Assembly: GCA_903920865.1 (NCBI GenBank) | Contig: CAIXNN010000056.1 | Coordinates: forward strand, 1 to 62,333 | Reading direction: 5' to 3' | Length of the DNA stretch: 62,333 nt | Source of the DNA: an uncultured Actinomycetes bacterium | GTDB lineage: Bacteria > Actinomycetota > Actinomycetes > UBA12327 | In this document: positions 30,765-38,986 of the stretch, in pieces | Numbering within the stretch: position 1 is the first letter of the stretch | Layout of the letters: every line of letters begins with the position of its first letter | Notes under the pieces: model-generated | The model's database searches: none | What the model was told of the DNA's origin: nothing | The model's input: the letters and a program-made list of their open reading frames with translations, nothing else | Made by a program: the position numbers and the translations under genes

Positions 30765-31919
30765 ATGAACAAGGTAACAAATCAGATGTTGCACTCCATG
30801 CGCTTGACCTTGGTCCTTGGTGCACTGTCTTCTTTGTGCGCATCGCAACGGCTAGCTAACGGGTTGGGTCGTTCACATGTGTTCTCACTCGGGCAAATCT
30901 GGTTGATTTTGGCAGGGGCGGCAGTGGTGTATGCCCTAATCTTTTCGGTGTCCTTGGTCGTGATAGATCGCTTGTCAATGGATGTTGCACGAGTGTTGAC
31001 GGTCCTGGTCATCGTGGCCCTCGTTGGACTTTTTTGCGTGGTCTATCCACACTTTGGATTGCCGACGAATAGTTCCGGCTATGGCGATCGTGACGATGCG
31101 CTCACCTTGATGGGTCGGGCTCTAGTTCAGGGAACCAATCCGTACGGCGTTCGCACTTACCTTGGCGACCAAGTCTCACCACTGCTTGGCTCGGTTTTGC
31201 TTACACTCCCAGCTACTTTGCTAACTGGGTCAGCGGCCTGGGTCAACCCACTCATCCTGGTAGTTCTCGGGTATGTGGCGATTCGTATCCTCGAGCCGAA
31301 GGTGGCACTTATGCTCGCTCTTATTTTCGCCACCAACGTAGGATTTCTGGAAGACTTTCTCCTTGGTGGTGATCTCTACCTCGTCCCCCTGATTTTTGCA
31401 GTAGTGGTTCTTGCGCTGATCAGTCAAGCAAACTTCTCACGATGGTTCGTGGTGCTTCTGGTTGTCCTTGGTGGTTTGACAGCTGCAGCCAGGGCTAATT
31501 CGCTGGTGTTACTGGTGGCCTTGGTGGTCTTCGTCGTGGTGAAGAGGCCTTCGCGGAGCGCTGAAATTGGCTTTGTCGGATTGATCGGTGTTGGTCTGGG
31601 TGGGTTGTCCTTAAAGTTGGCTGGCGGACTTGATTCCTGGCCATTTACTGGTGAAATTGATCCGTTATTGCGGCAAGCCAGCGGCTTGATCGCTGCCGTG
31701 CTCGTGTTGGCTTTGGGTGTGTACTGGTTTCGCAGTAGGGCGAGCGATGCAGTTTTGCTTTTTGCTCGAACAGCTCCATGGCTAGCGGTCTCGCTAGTGG
31801 TATTTCTTGCTCACCCTGATGCTCTTTTCAGGTCGTGGACGTACTTGGCGGTGGGCCTGCCGGTAGCCATTACTGCATTTCAAGCACTATTTGCTGAGCG
31901 GATGCGTTTGACCGCGTAA
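30765..31919 (+). CDS. Unassigned polytopic membrane protein (candidate GT-C glycosyltransferase or Wzy-like polymerase)
   Basis: About 385 aa with about 10 hydrophobic segments. An acidic loop motif, YGDRDDALTLMGRA, follows the early TM helices. Internal ATG chosen. Confidence 0.6.
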   Translation: MNKVTNQMLHSMRLTLVLGALSSLCASQRLANGLGRSHVFSLGQIWLILAGAAVVYALIFSVSLVVIDRLSMDVARVLTVLVIVALVGLFCVVYPHFGLPTNSSGYGDRDDALTLMGRALVQGTNPYGVRTYLGDQVSPLLGSVLLTLPATLLTGSAAWVNPLILVVLGYVAIRILEPKVALMLALIFATNVGFLEDFLLGGDLYLVPLIFAVVVLALISQANFSRWFVVLLVVLGGLTAAARANSLVLLVALVVFVVVKRPSRSAEIGFVGLIGVGLGGLSLKLAGGLDSWPFTGEIDPLLRQASGLIAAVLVLALGVYWFRSRASDAVLLFARTAPWLAVSLVVFLAHPDALFRSWTYLAVGLPVAITAFQALFAERMRLTA

Positions 31920-33202
31920 TTCCATGAAATAAGCAGCACAAAACTAAGAACAATGGCAGTTGCTAACACGGGCCCATCAGCTCCTAGATGCTGAGCAAAA
32001 ATTATTGACAGCGGAATATTTATCAGAACTTGGGGCACGGTCAAGATTGCTTGAAATTTCAAACCTGTGGCATCCGTTAAGGACATGCTGACCGGACCCA
32101 TGGCGGCAACGATGATAATTACCGCGCCAAATGCCAGGTAAAGGTCAAACGGAATAGAAACTTGCCCCTTTGACATGAAACTAGCCAGGAATGGACCAAC
32201 CAGGAGAAGAGCAGCAGCCAACCCAACTCCAACTCCAGCAAAAATTGCCGTTGTCGACGCCAGATCCCGGACTCGAAGAGTCATGGCTGTCCGTCGCTGG
32301 GCAAAAATTGGCCACAGGCTGCTTCCCGATGCGGCAATAAGCGAATTAATTGGTGCAAAAAGTGCGAAGACGATGGAGTAGGAAGCAACGGCTGACAAAC
32401 TTGAGAAGTGACTGAGAATAAGTCGGTCAGCGTGCCATGCGACGGGTTCAGCGATCGCCCAAACGGCCACCGGTAGCGCGATCTTTGCCAACGCCGGCTT
32501 GAAACCGCTGGGTACTTGGACGCGGGATCGCGAAAAAATTGAGAGGCCGGTTTTCTGCCTAGCTACAACTGCAGATGCAGCAGCCACTACCAGGGTGCCT
32601 AAAAATGGTCCGGACACGAAAAACCACAGTGGCTTGGATGTGGAAGCTGCGAAGGCCACAATGGCTAAAGCCGTCAGTGACAGAAGTGCTTGCAGAGCTA
32701 CTGCGAGGTGATAGTTGTTGGAACCTTGCAAAATGCGTGCTCCGAGAGATAGCGGAATGCTGATCGCAAAAAATGTCATCCCGAGCCCAGCGCCGAGTTC
32801 AACGCTTGAACTTTGGGCCACTCCCAAAATTGGTGCCCAGGCACCAGCTGCTGCCAATGCCCAAGACAGAGCTATCAAGACTGCACCAAAGATCATGAGC
32901 AAGCGGGTGCTCTTTTGCAGAACGGAAAGAAGTTCATGCTCAGGAATTGATTCACGACGTGACACGGCATCGGTTACAGCTGCGCCAAGCCCTAGATCAT
33001 TGAAAGGCAGAAGGGCAGAAAAGCCAACGATCAATGCGTAGGTGGCAAAGCCAATTTCACCAAGATGACCAACTACTAATCGTGTGGTGAGCAGACCTGC
33101 AATGCCGATGATTGGCAGAGTCAATGCTCGGGCCGAAAACGATCGGCCCGCGTTTGATAGCAGGCGATTCACGCCTGTCATGGATTGGTCAGCAGTGGAC
33201 AT
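31880..33202 (-). CDS. Oligosaccharide/polysaccharide flippase (Wzx, MOP superfamily)
   Basis: 440 aa with 12-14 TM segments and a typical Wzx N-terminus (LLSNAGRSFSARALTLPIIGIAGLLTTRLV). Confidence 0.75.
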   Translation of the reverse strand: MSTADQSMTGVNRLLSNAGRSFSARALTLPIIGIAGLLTTRLVVGHLGEIGFATYALIVGFSALLPFNDLGLGAAVTDAVSRRESIPEHELLSVLQKSTRLLMIFGAVLIALSWALAAAGAWAPILGVAQSSSVELGAGLGMTFFAISIPLSLGARILQGSNNYHLAVALQALLSLTALAIVAFAASTSKPLWFFVSGPFLGTLVVAAASAVVARQKTGLSIFSRSRVQVPSGFKPALAKIALPVAVWAIAEPVAWHADRLILSHFSSLSAVASYSIVFALFAPINSLIAASGSSLWPIFAQRRTAMTLRVRDLASTTAIFAGVGVGLAAALLLVGPFLASFMSKGQVSIPFDLYLAFGAVIIIVAAMGPVSMSLTDATGLKFQAILTVPQVLINIPLSIIFAQHLGADGPVLATAIVLSFVLLISWNYAVKRIRSANSA

Positions 33203-33212
33203 TAGGAACTAA

Positions 33213-33968
33213 TTATCGGGGAAGTTTGCGCAGAATCGGGCGTGGAATCACTTTTAGAGCCGTTGCTAACGGGCCAATTTGCGCGGGGCTGTAGATGATG
33301 GATTTTCCTTTTCCGATGGCGTTCTTGATGTCCTTGGCCACATCGATGGGGTCAAGGCTAAAAGGTGCCTCAGCCATACCTTCGGTCATTTTGGTTCTAA
33401 CGAAACCTGGGCGCACCAAGATCACCTTGATACCGACTTCGTTTCCAAGTTCAATTAAGCCTTGTACGAACGCATCAAGGCCTGCTTTCCCCGCACCGTA
33501 AATGAAGTTAGCTCGTCGTGGTCGAACTGCGGCAATGGAGCTCAGGACGATCACTGTCCCATGGCCTTGCTGGACTAGTTGTTGGAAAGTTCTAAACGTT
33601 AATTCGATTGAGTCGGTGGAGTTGACTCGAATAGTGCGCATTGCCGAGTCCACGTCGCGCTCATCATCACTTTGTATCCCCAAAACTCCGATCGCCATGA
33701 TGGCAATGTCGATATCTCCTTGCGAGAAGACTGAATCAAGGGCGCCCTCATGACCGGCCGTGTCTTCAACGTCAAGTTCAACGATGCTGACCGTGTGACC
33801 GGAAACTTGAAAGGGTTCAGCATCCTGAGCCATTTGGCTGAGATTGCGACCGGCTAAGACAATCCGGTCGACTCTTGGACCGATGAGTTCGCGCACGATG
33901 GCTAATCCAATTTCGCTGGTCCCGCCAGCGAGAAAAACTGACTGAGGCTGTCCGAGTGCATCAATCAT
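33213..33968 (-). CDS. dprE2: Decaprenylphospho-2'-keto-ribose reductase (SDR)
   Basis: GGTSEIGLAI Rossmann motif and YGAGK catalytic motif. ATGA overlap with dprE1. Confidence 0.85.
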   Translation of the reverse strand: MIDALGQPQSVFLAGGTSEIGLAIVRELIGPRVDRIVLAGRNLSQMAQDAEPFQVSGHTVSIVELDVEDTAGHEGALDSVFSQGDIDIAIMAIGVLGIQSDDERDVDSAMRTIRVNSTDSIELTFRTFQQLVQQGHGTVIVLSSIAAVRPRRANFIYGAGKAGLDAFVQGLIELGNEVGIKVILVRPGFVRTKMTEGMAEAPFSLDPIDVAKDIKNAIGKGKSIIYSPAQIGPLATALKVIPRPILRKLPR

Positions 33969-35344
33969 CGGTGTAGCCTCCTGGCCTGGTCTGAACGGAA
34001 ATGTTGGTTTGGATCCATGAGTTCGCGCGTGTGGTTCCATTCTTCAATCCGCGGGTACATCATCGGAAGCAATTCCGATCGCATCCGTGAGTCTTTTGCT
34101 AAATAAACTCGACCACCTGCCTGGGCGATGAGTTCATCAAGTCCATCAAGCACGTGTGACAATCCCACTACACCGGTTGGAATGTCGAGCGCCAACGTCC
34201 AGCCCGGCATCGGAAATGACATGGGGGCCAGGTTTCCTGCTCCAAACCGCTTAAGCACGGCTAGAAATGATGCAGCTTGGATGTTGGAAAGCCGCTCTAT
34301 TGCTGTCCGTACAACCTCAGCTGCGTCTTCGGGCACCACAAATTGATATTGAATAAATCCGGCTCGTCCATAGAGCGCATTCCAGCCAGCCACCCCATCA
34401 AGCGGATGAAAAAAGGTTGCCATTGACTGAATTTCATCTTGGCGATGCTTTGGTGATTTACGAAACCATGCTTCATTGAAGGCGGCAACTGACCAGCGGT
34501 TCAAAAGCCCAGATGGAGCCATCGTTGGAGCCGAAATAGTCGTGGCTGGTTCATAGTCCAATGGGCGAGCGGCCTTGTTTGACGGCAACTGTGAAATATC
34601 CGCAAAACTTCCAGCGGTAATCACGCCCCGCCCAAGCTTGGACCCTTTACTCAAGCAGTCAATCCAGGCCACGCAGTAGGGGTATTTATGTTCTAAGTCA
34701 ATTTGACGCTCCATGAGTTCGTCAAGATTGTTTGCGCGTTGGGTCTGCACATTGATGAAAGCTGAAGGCACTTTAGTTAGTTGAACTCGTGCGCGAAGTA
34801 TTACTCCGGTCAGGCCCATGCCGCCGACAGTTGCCCAGAACTGGTCACTGCTTTGATCGGGTGAGAGGGTGCGCACTTGCCCGTCAGCGAAAAGTAAATC
34901 AATACTATGAATGTGGTTTCCGATAGATCCTGCAACATGGTGATTTTTGCCGTGGATATCTGCGGCGATAGCACCACCAATGGTCACCGATCGAGTGCCA
35001 GGAGTAACGGGGACAAACCAACCTTGCGGGAGGAAGAGTGTTATCAATGCGTCAATAGAAATTCCGGCTTCAACCGTGACAATCCCGGACACAGAATCGA
35101 AACTGAGTACTTGATTCAGGGTTGTCATATCTAGGACGGCGCCACCAGCATTTTGGGCACTGTCGCCGTAACTTCGCCCCAATCCACGCGCCAAGATTCC
35201 CCTTGCTCCGGCGCCACGAACTTCGTCCACAGCAGTTGCCTCATCGTGGACCGGCACCAGATAGGCGCGTGAGGGACTGGTCCGTCCCCAGCCGGTCAAG
35301 GTCGCCAGCCGATCATCCCGATGAAGCCCACTAACTTCGCTCAC
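33965..35344 (-). CDS. dprE1: Decaprenylphosphoryl-beta-D-ribose 2'-oxidase (FAD)
   Basis: 459 aa with LTGWGRTSPS, a PCMH FAD-binding domain and a C-terminus colinear with M. tuberculosis DprE1 (SFPMPGWTLALDIP...GGRVYLAKDSR...MYPR..EW). Confidence 0.88.
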   Translation of the reverse strand: MSEVSGLHRDDRLATLTGWGRTSPSRAYLVPVHDEATAVDEVRGAGARGILARGLGRSYGDSAQNAGGAVLDMTTLNQVLSFDSVSGIVTVEAGISIDALITLFLPQGWFVPVTPGTRSVTIGGAIAADIHGKNHHVAGSIGNHIHSIDLLFADGQVRTLSPDQSSDQFWATVGGMGLTGVILRARVQLTKVPSAFINVQTQRANNLDELMERQIDLEHKYPYCVAWIDCLSKGSKLGRGVITAGSFADISQLPSNKAARPLDYEPATTISAPTMAPSGLLNRWSVAAFNEAWFRKSPKHRQDEIQSMATFFHPLDGVAGWNALYGRAGFIQYQFVVPEDAAEVVRTAIERLSNIQAASFLAVLKRFGAGNLAPMSFPMPGWTLALDIPTGVVGLSHVLDGLDELIAQAGGRVYLAKDSRMRSELLPMMYPRIEEWNHTRELMDPNQHFRSDQARRLHR

Positions 35345-35361
35345 CCCCTTACTCTAGAGCC

Positions 35362-36231
35362 GTGGCCATTCCTGCGGTGATTCAAGCACTGCGCCCCAAG
35401 CAATGGGTTAAGAACGTGCTGGTCATTGCAGCGCCATTTGCTGCTGGTCGGATCGGCCAACGATCCGTGATCATTGACGTGATCGTTGCTTTTGTCGCAT
35501 TTTGCTTGGCCGCTAGCGCCGTGTACCTCCTTAATGATGTAAGGGATGCGCCCAAAGATCGCCTACATCCGGTAAAAAAGAACAGGCCTATTGCTACTGG
35601 TCAGGTCTCGCCCACGGTGGCCGTTGTCCTAGCTGCTGTTTTATTGATTGTTTCTCTGGGTCTTTCTTCTTTGGCAGAGCCAGCCTTGTTGTGGGTCATC
35701 ATCGCCTACTTACTAATCCAAGCACTCTATGTTTTTTGGCTTAAAAACCAGCCAGTTCTTGATCTTGCTGTCGTTGCAAGCGGTTTCCTTTTACGAGCTT
35801 TGGCTGGTGGAGCGGCGACGGGAATCGCCATTAGTGACTGGTTTCTTCTTGTTGCCGGATTCGGTTCACTCTTCGTTGTTGCGGGCAAGCGGTATTCGGA
35901 GATGGTCAATACCCAATTTGACGGTTCCGAAATCGGTCAAACTCGCAGCACCCTGACGTCTTACACCCAGACTTACTTGCGCTTCGTTTGGACCGTCGCA
36001 GCAGCTTTGACGATCATGGTTTATAGCTTGTGGGTAATCACGGTTCCGCGCCAACATACAACGGCGACGCTGCTTTCATTGGTGCCGTTTGCACTAGGCC
36101 TGCTGGTGTATGCGTTAGCGGTTGACAACGGTGATGGTGGCGAGCCTGAGACCGAGATCCTGCGCAATCCTGTCCTGATTGGGTTGGGGATTTTATGGGC
36201 CGCCACCCTAGGAATTACGCTTTATATTTGA
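35362..36231 (+). CDS. Decaprenyl-phosphate phosphoribosyltransferase (UbiA family)
   Basis: ALRPKQWVKNVLV and NDVRDAPKDRLHPVKKNRPIA (NDxxD) motifs, 8-9 TM segments, Rv3806c-like. Confidence 0.88.
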   Translation: MAIPAVIQALRPKQWVKNVLVIAAPFAAGRIGQRSVIIDVIVAFVAFCLAASAVYLLNDVRDAPKDRLHPVKKNRPIATGQVSPTVAVVLAAVLLIVSLGLSSLAEPALLWVIIAYLLIQALYVFWLKNQPVLDLAVVASGFLLRALAGGAATGIAISDWFLLVAGFGSLFVVAGKRYSEMVNTQFDGSEIGQTRSTLTSYTQTYLRFVWTVAAALTIMVYSLWVITVPRQHTTATLLSLVPFALGLLVYALAVDNGDGGEPETEILRNPVLIGLGILWAATLGITLYI

Positions 36232-36981
36232 TCGCCGGGTGATTCCTAACTCGAGTTTTTGGGCTTGAACAGCGACTCGATACTTCAGATAACCCACCGG
36301 CCCCGGCTGCGTTCGGTGGCTGGTTCCCGTGATTGCCAACCGGTCACGTTCCTCGGCGCGCCATTGCTGGAAGTCAAGTGTGCGAAATGTGTAAGTGACG
36401 AGGTCTGTGTCTAGTGCAGCGAAGGTGGTGGACTTTCGATGTACAAAGAACAGTTGCAAATCTTCTAGACGCTCACATGAGGTGTCATAGCCTGATGTTG
36501 AGGTGAACCAGGACCGCCGGAACATCACGGTTGGATTCGCCAGAGGCATAAACCCATCGTCAAAAACTTCTTGGATCTTGTTATTGACCGCTGGAAATCT
36601 AAGATTCCAGGTTCTCGATCCATTTGTTGCCTGCATCTGCCCGCCAAGAACATCAATCTGTAAGTCCCTTTTCAAGCAAGCAACTTGTTGGCTAAGTCGA
36701 GTGGTCTGCGAGATGTCGTCTGCATCGTGGATGGCGATAAATTCCGCCGAACTAAATCCAATGGCATGGTTCAACGCCGCTGAACGCCCACGGTGTTCAA
36801 TGGTAAAAAGACGAATTCGGGGGCTTGCGATGGCCTGAACTACCTCAACAGTGGCGTCGGATGATCCATCATCAACGACGATGATTTCAAAATCATTGAA
36901 ATCCTGATTGAGCACTGATTGCAACGACGCGTGAATTGTTTGAGCAGCATTAAATGCTGTTACGACGACGGATACTTCCAT
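36208..36981 (-). CDS. Family-2 glycosyltransferase
   Basis: VSVVVTAFNAAQTI..., IVVDDGSSD and IHDADD (DxD) motifs. Confidence 0.85.
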   Translation of the reverse strand: MEVSVVVTAFNAAQTIHASLQSVLNQDFNDFEIIVVDDGSSDATVEVVQAIASPRIRLFTIEHRGRSAALNHAIGFSSAEFIAIHDADDISQTTRLSQQVACLKRDLQIDVLGGQMQATNGSRTWNLRFPAVNNKIQEVFDDGFMPLANPTVMFRRSWFTSTSGYDTSCERLEDLQLFFVHRKSTTFAALDTDLVTYTFRTLDFQQWRAEERDRLAITGTSHRTQPGPVGYLKYRVAVQAQKLELGITRRSNIKRNS

Positions 36982-37001
36982 TAGAACAACTCCATGATGA
37001 A

Positions 37002-38171
37002 CTAGTCAGAAATTTTCAGTTGGGAGTACAGATCGATTAGCGCCGGTGTGGTTACGGCCTGGTCAAACTCCTTGAGGAATCGCTCGCGAGCCGCTGATCC
37101 TCGAAGCTGAATTTCCTGATCCTGAAGTTCGGCAAAAATTGACGCGAGTGCAACAGGATTTGATGGAGGTACCTTCCACCCAATGGCCTCGGTCATAGTT
37201 CCTCCCAGGCCGCCAATGTCGCTGGCGATGATTGGCCGACCTTTTGCCAATGCCTCGGCGAATACCAACGGCAATCCCTCAAAGCATGTAGAAGGGATAA
37301 CAACTGGCCCGCACATATCCATGAGTTCACCCACGCCCTGGGCATCTTGCATCCCATGGACCACAATTGATGAATCGTTGCGGGCGGCTCGATCAACAGC
37401 GGGTCGAAGTTGGCCGTCCCCAACTAGGTGCAACCGCCGACCTCGCTGCTGAGAACCGGAAATGCGCCAGGCCTCGAGCAGTACATCGACTCCTTTTTCA
37501 GTACCGAGTCGGCCAACAAATAAGACATCCGGACCTGGTTCAGTGGTTGGGCCGGGATCGGACACGCTCGTGGGGCGAACAACAATGTTTTGACTGTCAA
37601 CGCCGAGGCGTTCGAGAAACTCTTGGTGGAAGGTCGTTAGGGCTATGAACCTATCTACCAATTGCCACGTTGAGGTGTGGATTGATCGGCTGATCACCAT
37701 CGCGGATGACTGAATCCTAGAATCGCGGTAGCAAGCATGTGTAATAGCCGGCATTGCAAATGATGTTCCGGTGCAATCCGTGCAGACCTGGCCGGCGCGC
37801 AAATACGTTCCAGCAACGCAATCTAATCGGAAATTGTGGACTGTCATCACCACCGGAACTCCGGCTTTGTGTGCCGTGCGAATTACCCAGGGGCTGATCA
37901 GTGGGTAGAGGTTATGAACGTGAACGATATCCGGGCGTTGGTCTTCAAGTATTTCGGCAAACTCTCGAACACCGCGACTTGATCGAATCGGGCCAAGGGC
38001 TGCCCCGACTTTCTCAGTCGTCGACATCGTGGCAATTTCATCGCTAGAGCGAAGGTAAGGGATTACATCAATCCCACCTTCCCGTAGGTGAGTGATTTGT
38101 GAATCAACAACGGAATTTTCACCCGAAGGCGTTGCACTTCGGTACCGGTTATGCACGATGAGAACTTTCAT
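37002..38171 (-). CDS. Family-4 (GT-B) glycosyltransferase
   Basis: MKVLIVHNRY... N-terminus and a C-terminal E(x7)E-type region FEGLPLVFAEALAKGRPIIASDIGG. The internal ATG makes an ATGA overlap with the upstream gene. Confidence 0.85.
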   Translation of the reverse strand: MKVLIVHNRYRSATPSGENSVVDSQITHLREGGIDVIPYLRSSDEIATMSTTEKVGAALGPIRSSRGVREFAEILEDQRPDIVHVHNLYPLISPWVIRTAHKAGVPVVMTVHNFRLDCVAGTYLRAGQVCTDCTGTSFAMPAITHACYRDSRIQSSAMVISRSIHTSTWQLVDRFIALTTFHQEFLERLGVDSQNIVVRPTSVSDPGPTTEPGPDVLFVGRLGTEKGVDVLLEAWRISGSQQRGRRLHLVGDGQLRPAVDRAARNDSSIVVHGMQDAQGVGELMDMCGPVVIPSTCFEGLPLVFAEALAKGRPIIASDIGGLGGTMTEAIGWKVPPSNPVALASIFAELQDQEIQLRGSAARERFLKEFDQAVTTPALIDLYSQLKISD

Positions 38172-38950
38172 AGCTCCCGCCGAGTGATAACTGCCTTGAT
38201 GAAGGCAGGGCCACCGACGAGATATCTCTGCCAAAGCCGTCCAGGTTCTTGGGAGAAGCGATGAAGCCATTCGGTGCCGCTGTTTTGCATCCACTGGGGT
38301 GCCTCAGCAACGGTGCCAGCGATGAAGTCGAAGGCTGCTCCCACTGCGATAGCGACCACTGGCAAATTTTCTGCCAAGTAAGCAGCCTCGTGATCTTGTT
38401 TAGGGGTTCCAAGCCCAACCCAAACGATCTGTGCGCCGCTTTCCTTGATTCGTTCGAGTTGCTGGGTGCGCTCAGCGGCATTGAGTTCCCTAAACGGCGG
38501 AGAGTCAGTGCCGACAATGAGCGCGTCAGGAAAACGCTGCGAGATCTCGATCTTCATCGCGTCCAAAGTCTCAATCGTTGAGCCAAGGAGAAAGTGTTTG
38601 ATCCGGTTGGTTTGTCCTGCGGCCAAGACATTGACGAACAAACTGGGACCGCGCACGCGAGTTCGTGGTGGGTTAGCCTGCGAGTGCAGGAGTCGATTTG
38701 CCCACACCACCGGTGTGCCATCAGCTAAGTTGAGCGAAGATCGATTCAGCAGTGCACGAAATTCGTGGTCACCATCAGCCAGAGCCAAGGTGTATGCATT
38801 GCAGAGGTGAACGTCAAAACCGGTTGTGTTGGCTGTGAGGTTGTGAGCCTGTTCAATGCACCACGTCACTGCCTGTTGCATCTCGAGTGCTGCGATGGGA
38901 ACACCTGCGCACGCGAGCACAGGCACCGAGGGCGTCTGTGGGCTTGGCAT
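38168..38950 (-). CDS. WecB/TagA/CpsF family (GT26) glycosyltransferase
   Basis: ADGTPVVWA...GPSLF...VGLGTPKQD motifs. Internal ATG chosen; the exact start is uncertain. Confidence 0.8.
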   Translation of the reverse strand: MPSPQTPSVPVLACAGVPIAALEMQQAVTWCIEQAHNLTANTTGFDVHLCNAYTLALADGDHEFRALLNRSSLNLADGTPVVWANRLLHSQANPPRTRVRGPSLFVNVLAAGQTNRIKHFLLGSTIETLDAMKIEISQRFPDALIVGTDSPPFRELNAAERTQQLERIKESGAQIVWVGLGTPKQDHEAAYLAENLPVVAIAVGAAFDFIAGTVAEAPQWMQNSGTEWLHRFSQEPGRLWQRYLVGGPAFIKAVITRREL

Positions 38951-38986
38951 GAGTACTCCAAAAGTTGTGGCACTGCCACCCCTTAG

